From an uncultured delta proteobacterium (GTDB lineage Bacteria > Myxococcota_A > Polyangia > Polyangiales > B10-G4), in NCBI GenBank assembly GCA_963727445.1, contig CAVSGI010000010.1:1216001-1280000 (forward strand): a stretch of DNA of 64,000 bases, written 5' to 3'. The translations under genes and the position numbers were made by a program. Below the pieces are notes generated by a model. That model worked only from the letters and a program-made list of their open reading frames with translations, did not search any database and was not told the origin of the DNA. Below are positions 38,523 to 49,129 of this stretch, piece by piece. Every line of letters starts with the position of its first letter. Position 1 is the first letter of the stretch.

Positions 38523-41500
38523 GTGGGTCCTCGGTCACCCCGACGCTTTCTTTCCCTCGCGCTGGTCCTTCTGCTTCCTGTGTTGGTGAGCTGCGCGGAC
38601 AAGACGTCGATGCTGATCGAGGTGACCTCGGAGCTCGAGGTCCCGAGTCAGATCGACGCGATCGAGGTCCTCGTCACCGGCGACGTCGCCGGCAGCATGG
38701 TCAACCGAACCTACGAGCTGTCGACGCCGTGGCCGCACACCATCTCGGTCCGGCCGGGCGAGACCGAAACCCAGGGTGTGACGATCCAGGTGACGGCGCG
38801 CCTCGGCGGCGGATTCGTGGCGCAGCGGCTGGTGCGGAGCGCCTTCGTCTCTGGAGAGGAGGTGGTGGTTCGAATCGACCTGCCCGCGTCCTGCGTGTCG
38901 GTCGTCTGCGATACGGGCGAGGACTGCCGGGACGGCACCTGCGTGCCCATCGGGGGCAACATGGATGCGGGGCCGATGGACGCGGGTACGGACAGCGGCC
39001 CGATGGACACTGGCGTCGACGCTGGCTGCAGCAGCGCCGCCGAGTGCAACGACGACGTGCCCTGCACCCAGGACACGTGCCAGGACGGCGCCTGCGTGAA
39101 CGAGCCCGACGACACGCTCTGCGAGGTGGGGTCGACCTGCGATCCGGTGGACGGCTGCCCGCTTCGCGCATGCGTGATGGATTCCGACTGCAGCGATGGC
39201 GTGGTCTGCAATGGCACCGAGGTCTGCGCCTCGATGTCGTGCGCGCCTGGCGTGGTGATCGACTGCAACGATGGCGACACCTGCACCAGCGATCAATGCG
39301 ACGAGTCGATGCGTGGGGCGTGCCTGCACACGACCAAGGACGCGGATGGCGACGGCTTCGGCGACTCGATGTGCGCAGAGACGGGGGGGGTGCCCGCCAC
39401 CGACTGCAACGACACCAACCCCGACGTGAATCCCATGGCGCCAGAGACCTGCAACGGGATCGACGACGATTGCATGAACGGCTGCGACGACCCCTTCACC
39501 TGCTGTCGCGGCGAGATCGGGATGTGCACGACCAGCTGTGGCACGACCGGGACGCGGGTCTGCAACACCTCATGCGCCTGGGACGTCTGCGCCCCTCCCG
39601 CAGAGACGTGCAACGGCGTGGACGACGACTGCAACGGCAGCGCCGACGACGTCTTCGCGTGTGTTCAGGGGGCGACCGAGACCTGCACCACCGGCTGCGG
39701 CTCCCCGGGCACGCGCACCTGCCTCACCGACTGCTCCTGGAGCGCCTGCATGGCGCCCGCCGAGACGTGCAACGGAGGCGACGACGACTGCGACATGAGT
39801 GTCGACGAGGACTTCGCGTGCGTTCGCGGAACCTCCACCGGGTGCACCACCAGCTGTGGCTCCACCGGTTCCCGCACCTGCGACACGAGCTGCACGCTCG
39901 GCTCCTGCACGCCGCCCCCCGAGGGCTGTAACGGCGTCGACGACGACTGCGATGGCGCAGTGGACGAGACGAGCGAGTGCATGCCGGGGACCACCGGAAC
40001 GTGCGTGACGAGCTGCGGGTCCACCGGGATGCGCACCTGTGGCTCGACCTGCGTCTACGGCACCTGCAATCCGCCGGCAGAGACCTGCAACTCCATCGAC
40101 GACGACTGCGACGGTCGGATCGACGAGACCTCCACCTGCATCCCGGGCACCACCGGGAGCTGCACGACCGGCTGTGGCACGGCCGGCATTCGCACCTGCA
40201 GCGCGTCCTGCAGCTGGAGCGCCTGCGCGCCCCCCATCGAAGCCTGTAACGGTCTGGACGACGACTGCGACACGATGTGCGACGAGACCTTCACCTGCTG
40301 CGCTGGGACGAGCGGCTCGTGCACGACGAGCTGCGGGACCACGGGGTCCCGTACATGCACCTCCTCTTGTGGCTGGAGCGCCTGCTCACCGCCCGCGGAG
40401 GTCTGCAACGGCATGGACGACGACTGCAACGCCACCTGCGACGACGGCTTCGGCTGTTGCGCGGGGACGACGGGAAGTTGCACCACCACCTGCGGATCGA
40501 CCGGGAGCCGCACCTGCTCTTCGAGCTGCACCTGGGGCGCGTGCGCGGTGCCTGCCGAAATCTGTAACGGGGTCGACGACGACTGCGACGGCGCCATCGA
40601 CGAGACCCAGACCTGCATCGCAGGCGAGATGGGGTCCTGCACCACCAGCTGCGGCTCGACCGGAAACCGCACCTGCTCGGGCTCTTGTGCCTGGGGCTCG
40701 TGCAATCCGCCGACCGAGGCCTGTAACGGCGTGGACGACGACTGCGACTCCGCCGTGGATGAAGGCTGCGGCGGGTGTGGAAGCTGCACGGGAGCGGCGG
40801 CCGTTTCGGCGCCAGGCGGACGGTACAACGTCCCGCTCTCCCCGAACGCCCAGACCGGCTCCTGCGGCGGCGCCGGCTCGGAGGGCTATCTCACCTTCAC
40901 CCTGGGGAGTGTCGCCGACGTCTTCATCACGACCCATCAGGCCGGTTCCATGGACACCGTCCTCTACGTCCGGGACTGCAACTGCACTGGGGCTGAGCGC
41001 GCCTGCAACGACAACGCCGACGGGCGCACCACCTCGATGCTCCGCCTGACCAATCTCCCGGCCGGCACCTACAACGTCGTCGTCGACACCAAGACGGCCA
41101 CCAGCGGCAGCGTTCCGGTCGACGTCTACATCAGCACGCCGGGCACCGAGTCGGATCGCTGCGGCAACCCCACACTCATCCCGGCAGGGGGCACGTCGAT
41201 CAGCGGCGACACCTGCTCCTTCACGATGGACTACCTGCCGACGGCCACGGTGGACTGTGACGCCTCGGGAGTGGGCGCCGGGTGGGACCGCGTCTACTAC
41301 TTCTACCTCCCGGCGGCCGCGACTGTGAGCTTCGACGGCTGTAACTCGACGTCGAACTACGACGAGACGATCTTCATCCGCTCGGTCTGCAGCAGTGGTG
41401 CGGCAGCTGACCAAGTCATGTGCATGGACGACAACTGTAGCGGCGGCCTCGGCACCTGCGGCGGCGGGCGCCGCGCCTCGAGGAGCATCGCGCTCCCGGC

Positions 41501-41588
41501 GGGGCTCTACTACTTCTTCGCCGATGGCTGGGGCACTACCTCGGGCTGCGCCTGCGGCAACTTCCGCTACGACATCAGCGGCATCTGA
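38523..41588 (+). CDS. Cys-rich surface lipoprotein with MopE-like/53-aa repeats and C-terminal PPC-like domains
   Basis: Lipobox LVSC; DADGDGFG..DCNDTNPDVNP..ETCNGIDDDC; repeats; DTVLYVR..ACNDN..LPAGTYNVVVD. Confidence 0.85.
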   Translation: MGPRSPRRFLSLALVLLLPVLVSCADKTSMLIEVTSELEVPSQIDAIEVLVTGDVAGSMVNRTYELSTPWPHTISVRPGETETQGVTIQVTARLGGGFVAQRLVRSAFVSGEEVVVRIDLPASCVSVVCDTGEDCRDGTCVPIGGNMDAGPMDAGTDSGPMDTGVDAGCSSAAECNDDVPCTQDTCQDGACVNEPDDTLCEVGSTCDPVDGCPLRACVMDSDCSDGVVCNGTEVCASMSCAPGVVIDCNDGDTCTSDQCDESMRGACLHTTKDADGDGFGDSMCAETGGVPATDCNDTNPDVNPMAPETCNGIDDDCMNGCDDPFTCCRGEIGMCTTSCGTTGTRVCNTSCAWDVCAPPAETCNGVDDDCNGSADDVFACVQGATETCTTGCGSPGTRTCLTDCSWSACMAPAETCNGGDDDCDMSVDEDFACVRGTSTGCTTSCGSTGSRTCDTSCTLGSCTPPPEGCNGVDDDCDGAVDETSECMPGTTGTCVTSCGSTGMRTCGSTCVYGTCNPPAETCNSIDDDCDGRIDETSTCIPGTTGSCTTGCGTAGIRTCSASCSWSACAPPIEACNGLDDDCDTMCDETFTCCAGTSGSCTTSCGTTGSRTCTSSCGWSACSPPAEVCNGMDDDCNATCDDGFGCCAGTTGSCTTTCGSTGSRTCSSSCTWGACAVPAEICNGVDDDCDGAIDETQTCIAGEMGSCTTSCGSTGNRTCSGSCAWGSCNPPTEACNGVDDDCDSAVDEGCGGCGSCTGAAAVSAPGGRYNVPLSPNAQTGSCGGAGSEGYLTFTLGSVADVFITTHQAGSMDTVLYVRDCNCTGAERACNDNADGRTTSMLRLTNLPAGTYNVVVDTKTATSGSVPVDVYISTPGTESDRCGNPTLIPAGGTSISGDTCSFTMDYLPTATVDCDASGVGAGWDRVYYFYLPAAATVSFDGCNSTSNYDETIFIRSVCSSGAAADQVMCMDDNCSGGLGTCGGGRRASRSIALPAGLYYFFADGWGTTSGCACGNFRYDISGI
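39444..40770 (+). repeat. intragenic tandem repeat, 159-nt (53-aa) unit, 8 full copies plus 1 partial
   Basis: ExCNxxDDDC starts at 39444, 39603 ... 40716 (= 39444 + 8 x 159). Confidence 0.9.
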
Positions 41589-41597
41589 GCTCGCCGC

Positions 41598-42488
41598 TCA
41601 GAAGGCGACGAGGGGCAGCTGGATGTTGCCGAGGCTTCCGTCCTCGGGTCCGCCGCTGGTGGCGAGGACCACCGCGGTCACCACGCCGCCCGCGACCAGA
41701 GCGACGCCCAGCGTGATCCAGAGCCAGGCGAGGCTGCCGCCTTCCTCCTCGACCTCGGCGTCATCGTTCGGTCCCGCGACGCCCAGAACCGGTGAGCTTC
41801 CCTCGGGTGCCGCCGGGACCTCGAAGCTCAATGGCGTTTCCATCGACCCGGCACGCGCCAGCACCGCCCCCGAAGGCGCCGCCGCCTCGATCACGTACTC
41901 GACCGAGTACGCGTCGCGCTCGGCGAGCAGTGGGATCCGAGCGCTGGCCACCCCATCGCGGAGGTTCATCACGACCGTCGAAAACGCACCGGCGCCCTGG
42001 CGATAGCGAAGACGCACCTCCTGCACGGCGTCGGCCCCCTCTCCATCGAGCTCCACTTCGAGCTCCGGGGGTACCCGCTCGTCGAAAGACGGCGAGGTGT
42101 GGTCGAGGAGGACCTCGACTGGCGCCGGCGGGTTCTCGCGCGCGCGGCCGAAGGCGCTGAGCACCGGAGGGCTCGGGTCCGATTCGCTCAGACGGTGCTG
42201 GGGATCGCGCGCGTAGAGGGACTGTAGGGTCTCGTCGGCCTCACGGGTCTGGCGACGCGCAATCTGCACCGTGGCCAGCACCTCCAAGCCTGCATTGCGG
42301 CCGGCCGCGTCCAGGTCGTCGCGGGCGAGATAGGCTTCGAGCTCGGTGAGCGCTTCGCGGTACTGCGCGTAGAGCACCTTGTCCCGGATCTCCGCCAGCA
42401 CGTCTTCCGGTGCGGCTTCCTGCGCCGTGGCGAGCGCAGGAAAGAGCCCGAACGACAGGAGCACCAGCAGAGAGTTACGGAGCCACAT
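41598..42488 (-). CDS. exported TPR-like protein with a C-terminal TM anchor
   Basis: Signal peptide MWLRNSLLVLLSFGLFPALATA; helical N-domain ending SPPVLSAF; C-terminal WLWITLGVALVAGGVVTAVV. Confidence 0.7.
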   Translation of the reverse strand: MWLRNSLLVLLSFGLFPALATAQEAAPEDVLAEIRDKVLYAQYREALTELEAYLARDDLDAAGRNAGLEVLATVQIARRQTREADETLQSLYARDPQHRLSESDPSPPVLSAFGRARENPPAPVEVLLDHTSPSFDERVPPELEVELDGEGADAVQEVRLRYRQGAGAFSTVVMNLRDGVASARIPLLAERDAYSVEYVIEAAAPSGAVLARAGSMETPLSFEVPAAPEGSSPVLGVAGPNDDAEVEEEGGSLAWLWITLGVALVAGGVVTAVVLATSGGPEDGSLGNIQLPLVAF

Positions 42489-42519
42489 GGGTACGAGTGT
42501 ATAATGATACGGACTCGAG

Positions 42520-44589
42520 ATGTCAGACCCACCCAAGGGGCCGGGCGGCGTAAGGAGGGCTTTGCCGAAAGGCATGTCCGACGTACCGGAGGCGCGCGGC
42601 GGCGTGGTCACACGCGCTTCCTCCAGCTCACACCCACCGCCACCGGGCCCGACCCTGCGCCCGCGCAAGGGCGGCAAGCCCCTGCCCGATCTGCCGAAAG
42701 ACCCCTCGGAGGCGGACGATGTCATCGAGGTCGATCTGAACGCGCTCGCGCTACCTGGACCCGCGCCCACCGGGATGAAGGCCGCGAGCGGTGGACCGGC
42801 GACGCTGCCGGCGATCTGCATGTTCGGCCGCTATCAGATCCTGGGGCGCCTCGCCTTCGGCGGCATGGCGGAGATCTTCCTGGCGCGCGAGGCCTCGACC
42901 GCGGGGGCGAGCCGCCACGTGGTGATCAAGCGGGTGCTGCCCAACGTCGCCGACGATCAGAAATTCGTCGAGATGTTCCTGAACGAGGCCCGCCTGGCAA
43001 TTCAGCTCAACCACCCGAACATCTGCCACATCTACGAGTTCGGCGACTTGGAGAGCAGCTATTTCATCGCGATGGAGTGGATCGATGGCGTGCCGCTGGG
43101 CAAGCTCATCCGCCGCGCACGCAAGTCGGGCAAGGGAGTGCCCGTCGAGATCGCGGTGCGCATCGGCGCGCAGATCGGCTCCGCCCTCCACTATGCGCAC
43201 CGCGCCAAGGACGCCCTGGGTCGCCCCATGAACATCGTCCATCGCGACGTCACGCCACACAACGTGATGGTCGCCTACGACGGCCAGGTGAAGCTCCTCG
43301 ACTTCGGCATCGCGAAGGCGGAGACGCAGACGCAGAAGACCGAGGCCGGAACCGTGAAGGGGAAGTTCTCGTACATGTCCCCGGAGCAATGCACCGGCAA
43401 GGCCATCGACGGACGCTCGGACATCTTCGCGCTCGGCATCTGCCTGTGGGAGGCGATCGTCGGTCGCGCGCTCTACCGGCGCGACACACAGTACGAGACG
43501 ATGCACGCGGTGATTCACGAGCCGCCGCCGTCGCTCCGGAAGTTTCGGCGAGGTGTGCCGGTGGAGCTGGATGCGATCGTGGCCCAGGCGCTGGCGAAGA
43601 ACCCGGAGGATCGCTATCAGTCCGCGGGAGAGCTTCAGCGCGCGCTCGAGCTGTGGCTGGCCGACAACCGCAAAGTGGTGAGCTCCGCGCAGGTCGCGGA
43701 GCTGATGGAGGAGCTGTACGAGAACGAGATCCAGAGGGGCCCGCTCGTCGACACCAACCCCTTCGGCTCGTCGTTCCAGGGCCTCGGCGAAAAGCGGCCG
43801 GCTCCGGAGCACGCCTCGGGCTCTATGTCGGCTGCGCGGCCGCTGTCTCATCCGAGCTTGCTGTCGGCCCAGGCGATGGACCCGCCCCCGCTCGAGCCGA
43901 AGCGGAACGGGGGGGTGAAGATCGCCGTGATCGCGGTGGCCACGCTTCTGGGCTTCGGAGCAGCAGCCGCGGGCTTCGGTGGTCTCTTCGGAGGCGACGA
44001 CTCCGGAGCACACACCAACGGGCCCGAGCAGGACGAGAGTCCGAGCGCAGATGCCGGGGAGACAGTGGCCGATGCCGCGCTGACATTCGGGGCCGAGGAT
44101 GGTGACGAGGTAGACGCCGCTGTGGTCGATGCCGCGGCAGCGCCGGCCACGGCCGTCGTGGAGCTGACCTATGCGCCGTCGCGCGCACACATCACCCTCG
44201 ATGGAAGCGAGGTCGCGGGCCCGAGCCCGGTCACGATAGAGGACGTGACGCCGGGCGTGCATCACCTGGAAGTGAAGGCACCGGGGTTTCACGACTTCGC
44301 GCAGGATGTCGCGCTCAGCCCCGGCGATCGCCTGAGCGTGGAAGCGAGCCTGCACCCGCTCCGACGCCAGCCCGCCGCCCCTCCTGGACGACTCTCGATC
44401 AACACGCGTCCCTGGTCGAAGGTCTACGTCGGCCCTCGTCTCCTCGGCACGACGCCGATCGCCGAAGCTCGCGTCACCTCCGGCGCCGTTCGCCTGCGCC
44501 TGGTCGACCGCGACGGACGAACCCACACCAAGACGGTGCGGGTGCCGGCGGGCGGCGCGCAGCGCGTGTTCTACGATCTCAGCCGCTGA
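42520..44589 (+). CDS. Hanks-type Ser/Thr protein kinase with TM helix and PEGA domains
   Basis: GGMAEIF, VIKR, VHRDVTPHN, LDFGIAK, YMSPEQ, SDIFALG; TM segment; C-terminal LSINTRPWSKVYV..LGTTP. Confidence 0.93.
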   Translation: MSDPPKGPGGVRRALPKGMSDVPEARGGVVTRASSSSHPPPPGPTLRPRKGGKPLPDLPKDPSEADDVIEVDLNALALPGPAPTGMKAASGGPATLPAICMFGRYQILGRLAFGGMAEIFLAREASTAGASRHVVIKRVLPNVADDQKFVEMFLNEARLAIQLNHPNICHIYEFGDLESSYFIAMEWIDGVPLGKLIRRARKSGKGVPVEIAVRIGAQIGSALHYAHRAKDALGRPMNIVHRDVTPHNVMVAYDGQVKLLDFGIAKAETQTQKTEAGTVKGKFSYMSPEQCTGKAIDGRSDIFALGICLWEAIVGRALYRRDTQYETMHAVIHEPPPSLRKFRRGVPVELDAIVAQALAKNPEDRYQSAGELQRALELWLADNRKVVSSAQVAELMEELYENEIQRGPLVDTNPFGSSFQGLGEKRPAPEHASGSMSAARPLSHPSLLSAQAMDPPPLEPKRNGGVKIAVIAVATLLGFGAAAAGFGGLFGGDDSGAHTNGPEQDESPSADAGETVADAALTFGAEDGDEVDAAVVDAAAAPATAVVELTYAPSRAHITLDGSEVAGPSPVTIEDVTPGVHHLEVKAPGFHDFAQDVALSPGDRLSVEASLHPLRRQPAAPPGRLSINTRPWSKVYVGPRLLGTTPIAEARVTSGAVRLRLVDRDGRTHTKTVRVPAGGAQRVFYDLSR

Positions 44590-44601
44590 TCGGCAGAAGG
44601 C

Positions 44602-44979
44602 TCAGGGCAGGGGGTGTCGCTGGCGCCAGACCCGGTCCAGCACCTCGGCCATGTCGACGGGCTTCGACTGCACCTCGGCCGCGATGTTCTCCGCTTCCAG
44701 CGTCTTCGTCGCCGTGTCGCCGTTGCCTGTCGCCACGCTCACCGGAAGCGGCGGCGCGAGACGGCGCGCGAGACCGATGGCGGGAAGGCTGGTGCCCTCC
44801 TGAAGATGGAAGTCCGTGATCAAGCCGGCCGCCCCCGGCGATGCGAGGGCCTCCATCGCAGCGTCGAGGGTCACGCAAGGCACCACCGGCACGGCGTGCT
44901 TGTCGGCTGTGCGCACCCACGAGCGCAGCATCGCTGCGTCGTCCTCGAGCACGACGATGAACCTGGGTGGCCTGTGCAT
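44602..44979 (-). CDS. single-domain response regulator (CheY-like)
   Basis: VVLEDD, LITDFHL, VATG, SKP. Confidence 0.75.
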   Translation of the reverse strand: MHRPPRFIVVLEDDAAMLRSWVRTADKHAVPVVPCVTLDAAMEALASPGAAGLITDFHLQEGTSLPAIGLARRLAPPLPVSVATGNGDTATKTLEAENIAAEVQSKPVDMAEVLDRVWRQRHPLP

Positions 44980-45088
44980 CGTTCGTACACTTATGCCAGG
45001 GAAGCGAGGCTGACTGAACACGAAAATGTCGCTTGGGCGCGACGTGCACCGTGTGCGCGTAGCATTCCACCCCGGACGGACGGAAGCG

Positions 45089-45611
45089 TCAGCGGCGCCG
45101 GTAGGTCAGGCGGTAGTGAAGGTCGTCTGGGAGTCGTGGGTGGGAGATCCGAACGGCCATTCGCAACGTCTGTCCATCCTCGGAGAGGCCGAGTGCGTGG
45201 TGCGTGCGCGCATCGTCGAAGCGCTCGGAGTACTGGAGCTGACCGCGGCTGAAGTCGCAGCGGCCCTGCCCTTCTTCGTCGTTCGCCCCCTCGGCCCGGT
45301 GCCAATCGCCGTCGCAGGGGATGCGAACGCGCTGCTCGAAGCGGAAGGTGGTCTCCCCATTCACGCGCGCGATGGTGATGGAGGTCTCCGGCCGGATGTC
45401 GTTGTGCATCCGTCGCCGCGCGAATCCCCGCGCGAGGAAGCCGAAATTGATCCGCGACGCGGTCGATCTCCTGGGTCAATGCCTGACGCTGACTCTGCCC
45501 GCCCGAGAAGCGGTACGTTCCGATGAAGGTCTCGGGGATCTCGTCCGCGTGCACCACGATCGCGGCCGTGAAAGCACTGAAAGCGGCGATGATGGCGAGC
45601 GCACGAGGCAT
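45089..45611 (-). CDS. secreted hypothetical protein (frameshift ~45445)
   Basis: Signal peptide MPRALAIIAAFSAFTAAIVVHA; C-terminal piece ends SHPRLPDDLHYRLTYRRR. Confidence 0.55.
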
Positions 45612-45671
45612 GGCTGGTACGACGGATCTGGACACGAATTGCTTCAAATCAACGGAATTCCTGCTGTCGGG

Positions 45672-47687
45672 TCAGCCCCCACCCACGATCATCGGCGAGG
45701 AAGTGTAGACGACCGTATAGGGGCGCGCCTGGACGACGACCATCTCACGGTTTCGCGTCATCAGGAACTCGACGTCGACGGCGTTGGCAGGTGCAGTGTA
45801 GTGCGGACGCATTCGCTGATCGAGCTCCAGCAGGATCTCCGTGAGGCGCAGGACATCGACCTCTCGGAGGATCGGCTGCCCGTCGGTCAGCGAAGAGCGT
45901 GACAAGACCTCGGGCTCGGGGGTCTCTGGATAGGTGTAGACGAGGTGCTGTTCGGGCACGTCCTCGCCAGCGTCGGTCACGCTCCCTGCCGAGACCTGGA
46001 TGTTGATGAACACACCCGGCCGATTCGGATTGAACGGATTGCGCGTGATGGCGACGCCGCTGGCGATGACGTCGGCGACGAAGGGCTGAACGAGAATCGC
46101 CATCGCGACGTGGCGGTGGTCGATGCGGTAGAAGTCGCGCTCGTCGTAGCCGCGAAGCGTCCACACGCTGGCCCAGACCTCGCGAATCGCGTTCTCGATG
46201 TCGTCGGAGGATGGATTGGCGTCGACCACGATGGAACGGTAGAGGCCCGCGCCGTTGAAGCCGATGAGATCCTCGGCGTTGGTGCTCGAGCGGAAGATGG
46301 TGCGCGTGGGACCGAAGGCCGCGATCTTTCGGCGGACCTGGCGGATGAGCTCGGGATCCACCGGGAGGCGCTGAATGATGTTGCGCAGCTCCTCGAGGCG
46401 CTGCGCACGAACCCGGGAGTCGTCGCGAAAGTCGCCGTCGACGAGCATCTGCCCGATGCCCTCATCGATGTGGTTTCGTTCGAGATGGGTCGTGTAGTAG
46501 TGAAAGGGGATCACGAATCCGCCGGGCGTCGCGATGCGCGGGGCGAGCGGGCAGACCTCCGCGAGCTGAGAGGCTTTGGCGCCCGCTACCGAGATCGATT
46601 GGGCGTTCAGGTCGCAGAGATCGAGGAGGCGGCGCTCCCGGCGGTCGACCTGAGGCGTAAAGGGCTGCGCGGGACGAAGATCGGCCCAGAATTGCAGCCG
46701 CGACCTGCTGGTCGGCCGGCTCGACCTTGAAGTCCTGGGGGCCGACGTAGAGACGCACGAGCTGGCCGTCGAGGCGCGTGAAGCGGGCGTCGTCCGCCGC
46801 GCCACGCAGCGCCATGTTGGGGGTGCCGCGATTCTGGCTGAGGACGGCGACGTGGGAGAGCGGCGCTTGGAGGGCCCCGGTCACCAGGCCCATCGAGAGC
46901 GGCAGGTCTGGCGGTACGTGATCGCTGACGATGATCTCGTTGCGTCGAACGGAGGACATGTCGAGCGTCCCGCGCACGATGCGCAGATACCCGTAGGTCA
47001 CGCCCTGGGTGAGGGGCTGATAGCGGAGATCGCCGAGGAGCTCGTCGGTGGTGATGGTGGGGAGGCGATCGGCCACCGAGGCGATCATGCGCTGGTTGAG
47101 CTCCGAGAGCGCGCGATAGCGAAGCTGGTCACCGAAGAAGACCGCATCGCGAACCTGCTCGAACGCGCGAAGCACGCGCGGGCCCTCGAGGTCGTCTCCG
47201 GAGATCATCTCGAAGGTCCACACGTCGGGGTCGAGGTAGTGCACGAGGCTGCCGCAGATGAAGCGGCGGCCGGGGGTGCGGTACTCCCGGACGTTGAAGG
47301 CCGCGTGCGACTCGACGGGATGCTCGGCGCTGTGGAGGAACTGCCGCGCGAAGTCGTAGTGGATGTCCCAGCGCGCCGTCTGCGGAAACCAGAGCCTTCG
47401 GTCGTCCTCGAGATCGATCAGGAACTTCACGACCTCGGTGCGGGCGAAGACCACACCGTCGGGTCGCGCCGCCAGCAGAGACCATTCGTGGAGGTCGTCG
47501 ATGCGATGGGCGAAGTCCGGAGCGCCCTCGGGCACCGGGGGGTTGGGATCATCGAGCTACGTCGCTCGACCTCGGCGGTGGAGGGGCGGGGCGCATCGGG
47601 ACCGCGTAGCCCCTCTTTCGCAGAGCCGCACGCCGCCGGGACGAGGGCGAGGCAGAGGGCCAGGAGGGTGGCGGGTCCTTTTTGCAC
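45672..47687 (-). CDS. PEP/pyruvate-binding (PPDK_N ATP-grasp) dikinase-like protein, possibly a lipoprotein; frameshifts ~47555 and ~46700
   Basis: GAKASQL, FRSSTNAEDLIGFNGAGLYRS, MAILVQ, DVEF..VQARP; upstream phospho-His-like LSHVAVLSQNRGTP; possible signal peptide MQKGPATLLALCLALVPAAC from 47687. Confidence 0.72.
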
Positions 47688-47745
47688 GCTGGGATTCTAC
47701 CTCGGGGATGTTGCCTGGGGCCCTGGGTGTTGGTACTGGCGAGCC

Positions 47746-49128
47746 ATGCGTGATGTGACGGTCATTCTGGTCCTTTCGGTCTCCCTCCTCTCGGCTGGCT
47801 GCGGAGACGACGACGACGCGAGCCCGACGCCCGAAACCACCGCGACGACCGCCGCGGCCGGCGAAAGCGCCGAAACGAGCGCAGGCGAAGGCCATGGCGA
47901 GAGCGGGAGTGCTCAGGACGAAACCGCCGTACCCGACTCACTCCCCAATGCGCTCCTCCTCTCCTATGCGCAATTCGGCGGTCGAACGCCCGGGGCGGCG
48001 AAGATGGGAATCCTGAGGCGCGCAGGAGGCGAGTGGCAGATGGAGTTCTTCGAGGACACCGACGCCATCGTCTTCCACAAGGGGATGCTCTACGAAGCGC
48101 CGACGGTGCCCGCGGGCATCGTCACCCTCACCGGGACCACGCCGGTCCCTGACGGCGTGAGCGATCAGGAAGCGACCGTGAAGATCTGGCGTCGCACGGG
48201 CGGAGAGTGGCACGCCGACACCATCTGGTCGGCGAAGTTCGGCGGGCAGATCAACCGCATGCGCGACGCCGAGATCGCCGACCTCTACGGCGACGGAATG
48301 CCGGACATCGCCGTGGGGACGCACGACATGGGCGTCTTCGCTGTCCTTCGTCCGCCGACCGAGGCCGGCGGCGACTGGCGCGTCGAGGAGCTCGACCGCG
48401 CGACGGAGCGCACCTTCATCCACGAGATCGAAGTGGGTGACCTGAACGGGGACGGAACCCTCGAGGTCTACGCGACGCCGAGCGAACCGAACACCCTCGG
48501 TGGCGGCGAGCAACATGGCCAGGTCGTGCGCTACGTCCCGAAGAACGGCCGCGAGCGCACCGTTGTCGCGGATCTCGGCAACCGCCACGCGAAGGAGATC
48601 TACGTCGGCGACGTCGACGGGGATGGGACCGACGAGCTCTACGTCGTGGTGGAGGCGCTGACCGAGGGCGACGAGGGCAACGTGAGCATCGTCGAGCCGG
48701 TCGAGATCCGGCGCTACGACGCCGACACCCCGCCCGACCAGGGAGCGGTGATCGCGACCATCAACGACCGCTTCTGCCGCTTCCTGACGGTGGGCGATCC
48801 CGACGGTGACGGAAAGAAGGAGATGGTCGCCGCGGCGATGTCCTCCGGCCTCTGGTTCCTCGAGCCAGGCCGCGATCCGCGAGGCGAGTGGTCGATCGAG
48901 AACATCGACCGCGACTCCGGCGGCTTCGAGCACGCCGCCACCTTCGCCGATCTGGACGCCGACGGAACCGACGAGCTCTATGTCGCCGCGGATCGCGCCG
49001 GCGAAGTGCGGCGCTACGTCTGGCAGAACGGCCGGCCTCGCCGCGAGACGATCCACACCCGCCCCGAAGCCCGCTCGATGCTGACCTGGAACATCACGGT
49101 GGTGCCGGTCTCCGTCCTGGAGAACTGA
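47746..49128 (+). CDS. FG-GAP/VCBS-repeat lipoprotein
   Basis: Lipobox LSAGC; repeats ADLYGDGMPDIAV, GDLNGDGTLEV, GDVDGDGTDEL, GDPDGDGKKEM, ADLDADGTDEL. Confidence 0.82.
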   Translation: MRDVTVILVLSVSLLSAGCGDDDDASPTPETTATTAAAGESAETSAGEGHGESGSAQDETAVPDSLPNALLLSYAQFGGRTPGAAKMGILRRAGGEWQMEFFEDTDAIVFHKGMLYEAPTVPAGIVTLTGTTPVPDGVSDQEATVKIWRRTGGEWHADTIWSAKFGGQINRMRDAEIADLYGDGMPDIAVGTHDMGVFAVLRPPTEAGGDWRVEELDRATERTFIHEIEVGDLNGDGTLEVYATPSEPNTLGGGEQHGQVVRYVPKNGRERTVVADLGNRHAKEIYVGDVDGDGTDELYVVVEALTEGDEGNVSIVEPVEIRRYDADTPPDQGAVIATINDRFCRFLTVGDPDGDGKKEMVAAAMSSGLWFLEPGRDPRGEWSIENIDRDSGGFEHAATFADLDADGTDELYVAADRAGEVRRYVWQNGRPRRETIHTRPEARSMLTWNITVVPVSVLEN

Positions 49129-49129
49129 G

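Noticed and set aside
45672..47535. Canonical PEP synthase, PPDK or rifampin phosphotransferase
   Set aside because: The domain order differs (ATP-grasp is C-terminal) and there is no PEP-binding TIM-barrel domain
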